NCBI GenBank assembly: GCA_018968925.1
Contig: JAGWZI010000002.1
Coordinates: 1-48,739 of the forward strand
DNA from: Patescibacteria group bacterium
Lineage (GTDB): Bacteria; Patescibacteriota; Minisyncoccia; Phycocordibacterales; GWA1-40-21
DNA: 48,739 nt
Reading direction: 5' to 3'
A model generated the notes under the pieces. That model saw only the letters and a program-made list of their open reading frames with translations. It did no database searches and had not been told where the DNA came from. How positions within the stretch are numbered: position 1 is the first letter of the stretch; each line of letters starts with the position of its first letter. The position numbers and the translations under genes are program-made. Positions 20,156 to 29,858 of the stretch are shown one piece after another.

Positions 20156-20578
20156 GTGAGTATACAAGATGTCTCTTTCAAAATCAAGCGGCTTGCCGAC
20201 CGTATCGGCCAGGCTGTTCCCATGGCCCTTGCCGCCATCGCCAAAACCGATATGTTCGTCGCCATCCTCATCATCCTTGTGGGCCTCGCATCTTTTGCTC
20301 TCGGCAGACTTTCCGTCCTTGAAAACAACCGGGCGCCGATCGCCATATCGGCGGCGGGGGAGACCGCAAGCGCGGCGAGCGCCCTGCCAACGTCTCCCGC
20401 CGTGACGGGACAAGGGCAAGGCGTCGTATTCGCCTCGAAATCAGGCTCGAAATACTACTCTCCGACCTGCTCCGGCGCCTCGCGGGTGAAGCCCGAGAAC
20501 CGGGTCTGGTTCCCGTCGATCGCCGCCGCCGAAGCCGCCGGCCTCACTCCGGCCGCCAATTGCCCCGGGCTTCAATAA
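20156..20578 (+). CDS. Membrane protein with C-terminal Ada-like metal-binding domain
   Basis: GTG start 6 nt after TATACT; one TM; ASKSGSKYY.PTC...WF.S.AAAEAAG.TPAANC. Confidence 0.75.
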   Translation: MSIQDVSFKIKRLADRIGQAVPMALAAIAKTDMFVAILIILVGLASFALGRLSVLENNRAPIAISAAGETASAASALPTSPAVTGQGQGVVFASKSGSKYYSPTCSGASRVKPENRVWFPSIAAAEAAGLTPAANCPGLQ

Positions 20579-20684
20579 ATGCAGCAAAGTTGATAGCAAA
20601 AATGGGAGTCAAAAATCGGTAAAATATGGCTTTATAGAGCCGTATGTTTATATTTGACTGACAGGAAAATCAGTGGTCTGACTA

Positions 20685-20713
20685 TTGACAGAAAAGCCGG
20701 AAAATGCTAACAT
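20685..20713 (+). promoter_or_regulatory. Sigma70-type promoter
   Basis: TTGACA-17 nt-TAACAT with extended TG. Confidence 0.6.
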
Positions 20714-20747
20714 ATTGGCAATCAGGGGCAACCCTGATTTTTGATTT

Positions 20748-21233
20748 ATGATGGAACTTTTGACAACGTCGTTCTTCGTCTTTTCGTCGATCTACGGCGG
20801 GCCGACAGCATCGAGCGCGATCGCATCAAGCTCGGCGTCCGTAACCCCCGCACCGCAGGTGGAAGAGGCAAGCACGACTCCGCATACGAATGCGGGACTC
20901 AAGGATGAGGCTCTTGCATACTTCAAGAATACGCCGATCCTTGCGAACATCGCCGGGTGCGAATCCCGATTCCGCCAGTATGACAAGCGCGGTAACGTCC
21001 TTGTCGGCGCAGTGAACAAAGGCGATATCGGCGTCATGCAGATCAACACGTACTACCAGGGCAAGAAGGCGGCCGAGCTCGGATACGATCTCGATACGCC
21101 GGAAGGCAACATGGCCTATGGCAAGTATCTCTACGAAAAGGAGGGTACCAAGCCGTGGGATTCGTCGTCCGCATGCTGGAAGCATGCCGATGACGCAAGT
21201 TCGACTGCAGACGATATCGTAGCAATGAATTAA
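20748..21233 (+). CDS. Secreted lysozyme-like/lytic transglycosylase domain protein
   Basis: IAGCES (catalytic Glu), GVMQIN, N...GKYLY...G.KPW. Confidence 0.8.
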   Translation: MMELLTTSFFVFSSIYGGPTASSAIASSSASVTPAPQVEEASTTPHTNAGLKDEALAYFKNTPILANIAGCESRFRQYDKRGNVLVGAVNKGDIGVMQINTYYQGKKAAELGYDLDTPEGNMAYGKYLYEKEGTKPWDSSSACWKHADDASSTADDIVAMN

Positions 21234-21235
21234 AC

Positions 21236-21269
21236 AAACAAAACTCCGGGATTCCCGGGGTTTTGTTTT
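21236..21269 (+). terminator. Terminator
   Basis: aaacaaaactccggg-att-cccggggttttgttt. Confidence 0.7.
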
Positions 21270-21408
21270 GCATATGCAGACGGTTTTTGTTGAAGGGAAG
21301 GACAGGTTTTATTATTCTAGCAGTGTTCCACAATATACCTTTTGGTATATACATATAGGATAAAAAGGAGGCGCGAGGTATTCCCCCGCGCCTTTGCCGT
21401 TTGAAGGC

Positions 21409-21819
21409 TTATCTGCCCACCACAGTGAGTGCGTCATCGAGTGATGGCGACCACATGGGACCATCGGTCCATGACTGTTGCTTCCGGAACCAGTGGTATT
21501 CGCCTTTTTGCCCGATTCTTTCCTCCTTCCCGATAAGGATCAGATTGGCTCCCCGACGCCATCTGAACAGCTTGTCGTATCTGGCGGTCATCTCTTCGGA
21601 AAAACGGGCAAGCTTCTCAAGCTCTTCGAGAGTATATATCTTCGGATCGCCGTTTATTGCGACGATCGAGATGTAATCGGGCTTGCCCGGACCCGGCCGA
21701 TCAAACGCCGCCGCAAGCATTCCGGCCACGGCACAGATGCCGTAGCCGTTGCCGCCTTTGTTCCACATGAGCTTCTTGATCAGTTCCTGCCGAGTTTGCT
21801 TCTTCGTGATGATTTTCAC
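21409..21819 (-). CDS. Hypothetical protein (stand-alone unit)
   Basis: GGAGG 5 nt before GTG 21819; TTGACA upstream; hairpin ~21362-21392 downstream; no recognised family. Confidence 0.65.
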   Translation of the reverse strand: MKIITKKQTRQELIKKLMWNKGGNGYGICAVAGMLAAAFDRPGPGKPDYISIVAINGDPKIYTLEELEKLARFSEEMTARYDKLFRWRRGANLILIGKEERIGQKGEYHWFRKQQSWTDGPMWSPSLDDALTVVGR

Positions 21820-21926
21820 AAGAGCCTCCGCGATTGAAATAACGTTCAAAAAGATATTACTGCAGATTTACCATTTGTCAATCATCATGTGACTTTGAGA
21901 AAAATTCCTTTATTTATTGCCTTGTT

Positions 21927-23024
21927 TCACTTGTTCTTCTTTGGATTGTTCCAGATCTTGCAAAAAGCTCCGTACACCTCCTCGACGGTTATCCGTTCAA
22001 TGAAGCCATGTTTTTTCAGAAAAAACCTCTGATAGAGGCCCCTGCCGCCCGACTTATCGAGCATGATGTCATTTGGATCCTGCGACATGTAGATATGCGG
22101 TCCGGGACCGTAAAGAACGATGCTTCGAAGCCCTGCGAGGTGAGCCATGTTGGCGGGTCCGCTGTCGATACCGATAAAATAGTCCGCCGCATTCATCAAT
22201 AACAGCAGTTCCGCCGTATCAATCTGCCCGATCAACGAAAACACGGGAAAATCGAGCCGGGAAGCTATGTACGCATAATCCTCCCGCTCTTTTTCCTGCC
22301 CGATAAAAATGAAATCAAGCTCCCCCAATGCATGTATATCTTTCAGAAGCAGCGCCCATTTCTCTTTATCCCATCGCATCATCGGCCAGCTTGCTCCGGT
22401 ATGAATGAGTATCTTTTTGTTTTTTGCGCCGATACGCAACCGGGAAATGATCGTTTCGTATTCTTCCTTCGTAAAATTGAAAATATCCTTGAAGAAAATA
22501 TCCTTTGGTCTGCCGTCAAACAAAGAAAAAACGAAATCCCGCCATTGCGTCGGTCTGCGGCGCAATACGGTATTTTTCAACAGATCGCATAGAGCGTACC
22601 GCGTCATGCGTTGCAGCGCCGTGGTCACCTTGGAGGCGCTGATAAACGGTGCGACGTTCTGCAATACGTCCCTGCTTGCCCTGATCAGGAAAACCTCCTC
22701 GTATGTTCCCGATACGGCGCCGCTCGTCGATTCGTTCGCTCTTCCCGCGACCGATTTGGCCACAAAAACATTTCGAACGCAAACGATCCTTTCCGCAAGA
22801 GACTTGAGCGGAGATGTCACCATGAGGTCTATCGTTTTGTCCGTTCTTTCGGAAAAATCAAACAGCGCCGGAAGCATCGCGACGAACTCCCCCACAAGGC
22901 ATGGCGCGACGACAAGCACGGCGTTGTTCGCGCATTCGGTCCGCTTGATCTTCGAGGCGCACCGGCGCACAAGGTACGGTTCCTCGATGATTTGCCGGAA
23001 ATAATCGAGGTTGAAAAAATTCAT
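21927..23024 (-). CDS. Glycosyltransferase family 9 (heptosyltransferase-like)
   Basis: IHTGASW.MMRW, FIGIDSGPANMA, LYGP. Confidence 0.85.
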   Translation of the reverse strand: MNFFNLDYFRQIIEEPYLVRRCASKIKRTECANNAVLVVAPCLVGEFVAMLPALFDFSERTDKTIDLMVTSPLKSLAERIVCVRNVFVAKSVAGRANESTSGAVSGTYEEVFLIRASRDVLQNVAPFISASKVTTALQRMTRYALCDLLKNTVLRRRPTQWRDFVFSLFDGRPKDIFFKDIFNFTKEEYETIISRLRIGAKNKKILIHTGASWPMMRWDKEKWALLLKDIHALGELDFIFIGQEKEREDYAYIASRLDFPVFSLIGQIDTAELLLLMNAADYFIGIDSGPANMAHLAGLRSIVLYGPGPHIYMSQDPNDIMLDKSGGRGLYQRFFLKKHGFIERITVEEVYGAFCKIWNNPKKNK

Positions 23025-23045
23025 AGGTCGCGCCCGGTTCCGCTC

Positions 23046-23315
23046 TTATGGCGTCGTGCTCGTTGCGGCCGTGTGAACGCCCGCCTGAATGCCGTGCCAG
23101 AGGACGCCGACGACAAACGTATTCCAGAGCCACGTGATCGGCCCGGAGATCCAGCCCCAGATCGTGGTGAGGACCTGTCCGAACCAGCCGAGATTCGACT
23201 GCACCGTCGGCGAATGGATGACGTTGTTGATATTGATGCCGAAATAGCCGAGCACGATGAGAATGACGACCACGATGATGATATCCATGATGAGCCCGCC
23301 GCGGTTGTATTTCAT
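23046..23315 (-). CDS. Small membrane protein
   Basis: Strongly hydrophobic N-terminal segment, Trp-rich amphipathic helix. Confidence 0.7.
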   Translation of the reverse strand: MKYNRGGLIMDIIIVVVILIVLGYFGININNVIHSPTVQSNLGWFGQVLTTIWGWISGPITWLWNTFVVGVLWHGIQAGVHTAATSTTP

Positions 23316-23359
23316 ACAAATGATTTATGACCTGATAATGCCACTCGTATTATACCACG

Positions 23360-24706
23360 CTACTTGAGAAGCGCCAGAGCCGCCGCAATGCGTGCCAGGG
23401 ACTCTTTTTTGCCGAAAATGGCGAGCAGGACGAACGGATCAGGGGACTTTTCCCTACCCGACAAGGCGACCCGCAACGGCCAGAGGACGTTCCCCCTCCC
23501 CTTCTCCTCAGCAAGCGGCATAAGGGCGGATTTGAGCCGTTCTGCGTCGAAATCGGCATCGGCAAGGGCGGCAAGCTTTTCTGAAACAAGCACGAGGTTC
23601 TCGCGCGCTTCCGCTGCCGTGCCGCCTTTCTTCCAGACGAGCATTTCCTGAGAAAATTTTGGCTGTTCAAAAAAATATTGAATATCTCCATCCGCCACCA
23701 TTTTATCTATGTCGGACCAAACAGAAATTCTCTCAACTATTATTTCGGAAAGTTTTTCAATCATTAAATCATTCTGACAGTTTTTAGGAAATCTTTTTTT
23801 AATTTCTTTATCAATTTCCATCGGTGAAAGCCGATTCATATACTCTTTGTTATACCAAAGTAATTTTTCTGGATTAAAAATTGCGCCGGCTTTTTGTACT
23901 TTTGTGATATCAAATCTAGAAATTATTTCTTCTACACTCATAACTTCTCTAGTGGTTCCCGGATTCCAGCCGAGAAATGCGAGATAGTTTACGACGGCTT
24001 CCGGCAAATAGCCTTTCTCACGATAATATTTCACGGAGACGAGCTCGCCCGCTTGGCGTTTCGAAAGTTTTGACCGGTCGGCGTTCAGAATGAACGGCAT
24101 ATGGGCATAGACCGGCCGCGGCGCGCCGATCGCTTCCTGAATCAGGATCTGCCGCGGCGTGTTGTAGATGCCGTCCTCGCCGCGGATGACGTGCGTCACG
24201 CCCATCTCGAAATCGTCGACGACGACGGCAAAATGGTAGATCGGCTCGTCGACGGATTTCGCGATGACGAAATCGCCGAGCTCGGCCGTATCGACGGTAA
24301 TGTCGCCGCGGATCATGTCAGTAAAAGTAACTTTCTTGCCCGGATTCTTCAGACGGATGACTTTGGCGCGCTGTCCCGCTTCTTTCACCTCTTCTTTCGA
24401 CACGTACGCCTTGCCGTCGGCAATGAGCTGTTCAAGATATTTTTTGTACGTCGCCGAATGCGCCGATTGCCTGTACGGATGGGAAAAATCGATGTCGATG
24501 CCGAGCCACTGCAAACCGGACACGATATCGTCGGCATATTCCTGCTTGGACCTTTCGCGATCGGTATCCTCGAGACGGAACAGGAGCTTGCCGCCGTTTT
24601 TCTTCACGAAAAAGTAATTAAACAGCGCGGTGCGGGCGTTGCCGATATGGAACGGGCCGGTCGGCGATGGCGGAAAACGGGCGACGATGTGGGATTTATT
24701 GCTCAT
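23360..24706 (-). CDS. gltX: Glutamate--tRNA ligase
   Basis: RFPPSPTG.FHIGN, RLEDTD, VIRGED, KLSKR, PLRVALSG; internal AT-rich tract. Confidence 0.96.
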   Translation of the reverse strand: MSNKSHIVARFPPSPTGPFHIGNARTALFNYFFVKKNGGKLLFRLEDTDRERSKQEYADDIVSGLQWLGIDIDFSHPYRQSAHSATYKKYLEQLIADGKAYVSKEEVKEAGQRAKVIRLKNPGKKVTFTDMIRGDITVDTAELGDFVIAKSVDEPIYHFAVVVDDFEMGVTHVIRGEDGIYNTPRQILIQEAIGAPRPVYAHMPFILNADRSKLSKRQAGELVSVKYYREKGYLPEAVVNYLAFLGWNPGTTREVMSVEEIISRFDITKVQKAGAIFNPEKLLWYNKEYMNRLSPMEIDKEIKKRFPKNCQNDLMIEKLSEIIVERISVWSDIDKMVADGDIQYFFEQPKFSQEMLVWKKGGTAAEARENLVLVSEKLAALADADFDAERLKSALMPLAEEKGRGNVLWPLRVALSGREKSPDPFVLLAIFGKKESLARIAAALALLK

Positions 24707-25826
24707 GGGAAAGGGCGATACGCAGGATTTCCCCGGCGATCTCGTGCGCGGCGTCGGTTTTGACAAAATTCTTTGCGCCGGCGGACATCCGTGCAGAGAG
24801 CGCCGGATCGTCCATGATGCGCTTGATCTCGGAAAGAAGAATTGTTGGAGAAAGATTCCCCTCCTCTATCACGGTCGCACCGCCCGACTCGGCATAGAAA
24901 TAGGCGTTCTGGCGCTGATGGTCGCCGTTCGTGTTCGTGATCGGAATGAGGATGCTCGGCAAGCCCCAGTTCGCGATCTCGAAGATCGCCGAACCCGCGC
25001 GCGAGATGACGAGATTCGCCGCGCCGGCCGCCATGCTCATGTTCAGATTGTCCAGGTAATCGAACGGACGGTAGCGATCCTTGTGCGGATGATCGGCAAG
25101 GACGACGTTCGCCGTGCCGAGCACGTCCTGCATGTTTCCCTTGCCGATCTGATGGATGACGTAATAGCGGTCGACAAGCGACGGAATGATGCTCATCAGG
25201 GTATCATTGATGACGCGCGCGCCGAGGGATCCGCCGACGACGAGCAGGACGGGGATGTTTTCCTTCATGCCGAAGAATTCGCGCGCCGCGTCCGCTTTCT
25301 GCAATACGCGAACGTTCGTGCGGATCGGATTGCCGGTCACCGCCACTTTCTTCTGATCGAAATATTTTGCCGCCTGCGGATACGATACGGCGATGCGCTT
25401 TGCGAACTTGCCCGCCCAGGCGTTCGCCCTGCCCGGCACGGAATCGGATTCGTGAATGACGACCGGAATGCCGAAGAACCGCGCGGCGAGGACGACCGGA
25501 AAACTGACGTAGGCACCCTTGCTGAAGACGACGTCGGGAAAGATCCGGTAGACCTCGATCATCGCTCCAATGACGCCGAAAAACGTCTTGACGAGATCGA
25601 CGATGTTGAGAAGCGAAAAATAGCGGCGCAATTTGCCGGCAAAGATTCTGACGAAACGGATATTGTTCTCGACGAGCATGTCGGCGTCGTGCGGCGCGTC
25701 GGAAAGATAATAGAGATCGACTGGCAGGAGCTTCTCTTCCCGCACCATCGCATTGATCTCCTCGGCGACCGCAATGAGCGGGTAGAAATGCCCTCCGGTG
25801 CCGCCGCCTGTCAGTATCACTTTCAT
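24696..25826 (-). CDS. murG: Lipid II GlcNAc transferase MurG
   Basis: TGGGTGGH, HESD..PG.AN, TGNPIR, GGSLGA, SRAG, HQ..NA. Confidence 0.96.
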   Translation of the reverse strand: MKVILTGGGTGGHFYPLIAVAEEINAMVREEKLLPVDLYYLSDAPHDADMLVENNIRFVRIFAGKLRRYFSLLNIVDLVKTFFGVIGAMIEVYRIFPDVVFSKGAYVSFPVVLAARFFGIPVVIHESDSVPGRANAWAGKFAKRIAVSYPQAAKYFDQKKVAVTGNPIRTNVRVLQKADAAREFFGMKENIPVLLVVGGSLGARVINDTLMSIIPSLVDRYYVIHQIGKGNMQDVLGTANVVLADHPHKDRYRPFDYLDNLNMSMAAGAANLVISRAGSAIFEIANWGLPSILIPITNTNGDHQRQNAYFYAESGGATVIEEGNLSPTILLSEIKRIMDDPALSARMSAGAKNFVKTDAAHEIAGEILRIALSHEQ

Positions 25827-25827
25827 A

Positions 25828-26928
25828 TCATTCTTTGGTTGATTTCGAGATGTTGAGGATGATGCCAAGTTCGGCAAGCATCGCGAGCATGGACGTCCCG
25901 CCCTGGCTGAAGAACGCGAGTGGCACGCCGGAAAACGGAATGACGCCGATCGTCGAGCCGATATTCGCGAACGATTGGACGATGACGATTATAACAATTC
26001 CCGCGGCAAAAAGTCCACCGAACGCATCGGGTGCCGTGACGGCGATCCGGAAGCCGCGGAACGCGAAAATGAGGAACAGGACGATCGCCGCCAGGCAACC
26101 GACAAATCCGAGTTCCTCGCCGAGGATGGCGAAAATGGCGTCGCTCGTCGAAACCGGCAGATACTGGTATTTCTCGATACTCTGTCCGAGTCCCCTGCCG
26201 AGGAAACCTCCCGACCCGAGCGCGATCTCCGACTGCGCCACCTGATAGCCAGAGGTGAGCGCATTGTCCGCCGGGTGGAGGAAAGTCTCGATGCGCGACA
26301 TGACGTACGGCCGCATGATCGCGAGCGCGGCGATGCATGCGATGCCGATAAGACCGAGGATGAGAATATGACGGATTCTGCCGCCCGCGATGAGAAGCAT
26401 CGAAACGCCGGTCACGGCTATGACGGTAAACGACGTCGTATCCGGCTGTTTTATGAGAATGGCGCCGACGAGCGCAACCAGGACGAGAAGCGGCAAAGGG
26501 CCGTAGCGGAACGTGGCGACTTTCTCTTTTGCCGACGCAAGCCAGGCGGCGAAATAAGCCGTAAAGCCGATATTGAGGAATGCGACCGGCTGAAAAGATA
26601 TGCCGGCAATCAGAAGCCACCGCCGCGCACCGTTGATCTTCACGCCGATATGCGGGATGAAAACTGCCGCCGTAACGAAAAGCGATCCGAGAAAGAGAAA
26701 AAGCGCGTAACGGCGGAATAGGACGTACGGCACGCGAGAAAAGACAAAGCATGCCGCGACACCGAGGACGATGCCGAAGAACGCCTGCTTGAACGCCGCC
26801 GCCGAGAATGCGGCGGCGTTTGTCGCGAGGAGTCCCATCGATGCCGACAGGAACACGGCGAAGCCGAATATGACAAGAACGGCGATGATGGTGATGAATG
26901 CCCGGTCGATGCCCTGAGTGTGCTTCAT
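25828..26928 (-). CDS. ftsW: SEDS protein FtsW/RodA
   Basis: GARRW, SFQP, QPD, GSGGFLGRGLG, GEELG, GVPLAFFSQGG; lies between mraY and murG. Confidence 0.88.
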   Translation of the reverse strand: MKHTQGIDRAFITIIAVLVIFGFAVFLSASMGLLATNAAAFSAAAFKQAFFGIVLGVAACFVFSRVPYVLFRRYALFLFLGSLFVTAAVFIPHIGVKINGARRWLLIAGISFQPVAFLNIGFTAYFAAWLASAKEKVATFRYGPLPLLVLVALVGAILIKQPDTTSFTVIAVTGVSMLLIAGGRIRHILILGLIGIACIAALAIMRPYVMSRIETFLHPADNALTSGYQVAQSEIALGSGGFLGRGLGQSIEKYQYLPVSTSDAIFAILGEELGFVGCLAAIVLFLIFAFRGFRIAVTAPDAFGGLFAAGIVIIVIVQSFANIGSTIGVIPFSGVPLAFFSQGGTSMLAMLAELGIILNISKSTKE

Positions 26929-26929
26929 G

Positions 26930-27985
26930 TCAGCTGACCAGGACGAGGATCGTGCCAATGATGACCGATACGAGCGCGATAATCCAATAGCGCATCACGA
27001 CCTTTTCCTTCGACCAGCCGATCGCCTCGAAATGATGGTGCAGCGGCGCGACCTTGAACACCCGCCGCTTGCCGAAATACCGGTACGAGATCATCTGGAT
27101 GATGTCGGAGAGCGACGTGAGGACGAGCGGAAAGGCGATGACCGGCAGCAGAAGCACCGAATTGGTCAGGAATGCGATGACGGAGAGCGTGACCGTGAGC
27201 GCAAGCATGCCGGTCTCTCCCATATAGAATCGCGCCGGCGGCACATTGAACCAGAGGAATGCGAGAGTGCCGCCGGCGATCGCCGCCGAGAACGCCGCGA
27301 TGTCGATCTGGTTGTTCACGAATGCGATGACCGCATATGCCGCAAAGATGGACGCGAGTACGCCGCCCGAAAGGCCGTCGATGCCGTCGATGACGCTCGT
27401 CGAGAACGCCGCAAGCATGACGATGACGAAGATCGGAATAAAGAGAATGCCGAGGTCGAGCGAACCGTCGAACGGCACATGGATCGCATGCATGCCGAGC
27501 TTGAAATAGAACCACGAGCCGATGGAAAGGCCGAGGAGCATGATTGCGCCGACTTTCACCCGCCGGTAGACGATCTTGTCCTCCGCATACGCGCTTTTGC
27601 CGAAAATCTGCAGGAGGTCGTCCGCAAGGCCGATGAGCGCGCCGACGACAAGGGCGACGAGCGGAACGAGCGTCTGATTGCGGCTGAGAAAATTGAACTT
27701 CTCGGTCATCGCGTTCGGAAACACCATCGAGAGAAGCCAGATGAGAAACAAGGTCAAAAGCACCGATACCCAGATGATCATGCCGCCCGTCCGCGGCGTC
27801 GAAAGCTCGCCCTTCGTGTTATGCACCCGTGTGAAATCGTCCGTCGTGATCTCCGACTCCGTCCGCGGCTTTTTCTTCCACATCCTGTGCTTGTAGAAGA
27901 TGTTCGCGAAAAAGGGCGTGATGAAAAAACCGATAAAGAACGTGAGGGCGGCGGGCAGGACGACTTTGAGCGTAGAAAGCATCAT
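26930..27985 (-). CDS. mraY: Phospho-MurNAc-pentapeptide transferase
   Basis: TPRTGG, GLADD, DGIDGL, FYMGETG, APLHHHFE. Confidence 0.93.
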   Translation of the reverse strand: MMLSTLKVVLPAALTFFIGFFITPFFANIFYKHRMWKKKPRTESEITTDDFTRVHNTKGELSTPRTGGMIIWVSVLLTLFLIWLLSMVFPNAMTEKFNFLSRNQTLVPLVALVVGALIGLADDLLQIFGKSAYAEDKIVYRRVKVGAIMLLGLSIGSWFYFKLGMHAIHVPFDGSLDLGILFIPIFVIVMLAAFSTSVIDGIDGLSGGVLASIFAAYAVIAFVNNQIDIAAFSAAIAGGTLAFLWFNVPPARFYMGETGMLALTVTLSVIAFLTNSVLLLPVIAFPLVLTSLSDIIQMISYRYFGKRRVFKVAPLHHHFEAIGWSKEKVVMRYWIIALVSVIIGTILVLVS

Positions 27986-27989
27986 GGCA

Positions 27990-29819
27990 TTATTGCATGA
28001 ACGTATCATACCAGAGCGCGAGCATGATGAGAACGTAGAGCTTGCGGGCATGGTCGGCCGCGCCGGACTCGTGTTCCGCGATCATCCGCTCGATCGCGGT
28101 CATGTCGAAATGCGCCGCGACATATGCATTTTTCCGCACAAGATCGAAGACATGCGCGCCATTGCTCTTGAGCCATGCGGCGAGCGGAATGGGAAAGCCG
28201 AGCTTCCTGCGCGTGCGCGTCGCTTCCGGAATGACGCCGCGGAATGCTTCGCGCAGGAGCCATTTCGTCTCGTCGCCTCGCCATTTGAGCGAATCGGGCA
28301 ATGTGCGCGCCAGTCCCGCAACCTGCATATCGAGGAACGGCACGCGCAGTTCCAAGGAATTTGCCATTGTCATCTTGTCCGCTTTCGCGAGAATGTCGCC
28401 GACAAGCCAGGTATGGATATCGACATATTGCATCTTGGTCGGATCGGAAAGGTCGGCGACGCTCGCGTAGACGGTATCAAGCGAGAATTTCTCCTGCGGC
28501 TTCCTTTTCCAGAGCGAAGCGATCTCGCGCGGCTTGAAGACGGACGCGTTGCCGATATACCAGGTTGAGAGCTTCTCATGGACGCGCCGGAGAAAATTTT
28601 TTCCGGGAAAATGAAACGGCAAGGATACGAAAAATCCCGTGACGCTTTTCGGCAGCCAGGCGAGGCGACGATATGCGAACGGCGCGAGATAGATGTTGTA
28701 GCCGCCGAAGAGCTCGTCTGCGCCTTCGCCCGAAAGAACGACCGTCACGTGCTTGCGCGCTTCGCGGGCGACGAAATAGAGGCCGATGGCCGACGGATCG
28801 GCGACCGGCTCGTCAAAATGCCAGACCGCTTTCGGCAGCGTGGCAAAATATTCGTCCGGACCGATCGTGATCTCGGTATGGTCCGTGCCGAGGAAATCGG
28901 ATGTCTGTCTTGATTTCATTCCCTCCGACAGACGATCGAAACCGACGGTAAAGGTCTTCACCTTCTTTCCGCCCATGTTTTTGTCGAGCGTGCGCTGCAT
29001 CAGGGTCGCGATGATGCTCGAGTCGATGCCGCCCGACAGGAACGCGCCGACGGGCACGTCCGCGATCATGTGATGCTCGACGGAATCCTTGACCGTCGCA
29101 AAAACCTTTTCTTTCGTGCGCTCATCGAGTTCCTTATCCTGCGCGAAGGAAAATGCCCAGTATTTTCTCATTTCATATGCGCCGGTATCTGCCGAGATTT
29201 TCAGGAAATGTCCGGGCGGCAGTTTGAAGATGTTCTTGAAAAAAGTTTCTTCGAGCGGATTGTACTGGAACGACAGGTAATTGAAAACGGCCGCATCGTT
29301 CACTTCACGCGCAAAACCGGGAATCTCGAGAAAGCTCTTGATTTCCGAGGAGAACGCGAGGATCTTCCCGTTCTGTTTCCAGTAATAGAGCGGCTTGATG
29401 CCGAAGAAATCCCGGGCGATGAAGATCGTCTTCTTTTTCGTATCGTAGATCGAAAACGCGAACATGCCGCGCAATTTCGGCAGCATCGCTTCGCCGTATT
29501 TCTCGTAGAGATGCAGGATGACCTCCGTATCGCCCTCGGTCGTCCAAGAGAATTCTTTCTCGATGTCCTTCCGCAGCTCTTTATAATTGTAGATTTCGCC
29601 GTTGAAAAAGATGACCTTCGCGCCGTCCGCGGAAAAGATCGGCTGCTTGCCAGTCGACAGGTCGATGATGGACAGCCGCCGCATGCCGAGGCCGACCGAA
29701 GCATCGGAAAAATAGCCGTCCTGGTCGGGGCCGCGATGGACGAGCGCGTCCGTCATCTTCTTGTTCACGCCCGCCTTGTCCGCGACGCGCGAATCGATAA
29801 TGCCGCAAATGCCGCACAT
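27990..29819 (-). CDS. asnB: Asparagine synthase (glutamine-hydrolysing) family amidotransferase
   Basis: MCGICG, HRGPD, RRLSIIDL, FNGEIYN, LSGGIDSS, SGEGADELFGGY, ELRVPFLD. Confidence 0.93.
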   Translation of the reverse strand: MCGICGIIDSRVADKAGVNKKMTDALVHRGPDQDGYFSDASVGLGMRRLSIIDLSTGKQPIFSADGAKVIFFNGEIYNYKELRKDIEKEFSWTTEGDTEVILHLYEKYGEAMLPKLRGMFAFSIYDTKKKTIFIARDFFGIKPLYYWKQNGKILAFSSEIKSFLEIPGFAREVNDAAVFNYLSFQYNPLEETFFKNIFKLPPGHFLKISADTGAYEMRKYWAFSFAQDKELDERTKEKVFATVKDSVEHHMIADVPVGAFLSGGIDSSIIATLMQRTLDKNMGGKKVKTFTVGFDRLSEGMKSRQTSDFLGTDHTEITIGPDEYFATLPKAVWHFDEPVADPSAIGLYFVAREARKHVTVVLSGEGADELFGGYNIYLAPFAYRRLAWLPKSVTGFFVSLPFHFPGKNFLRRVHEKLSTWYIGNASVFKPREIASLWKRKPQEKFSLDTVYASVADLSDPTKMQYVDIHTWLVGDILAKADKMTMANSLELRVPFLDMQVAGLARTLPDSLKWRGDETKWLLREAFRGVIPEATRTRRKLGFPIPLAAWLKSNGAHVFDLVRKNAYVAAHFDMTAIERMIAEHESGAADHARKLYVLIMLALWYDTFMQ

Positions 29820-29858
29820 ATGCGGCAAAATATAGCATATTTCGGCTCGAAAGTCCGC

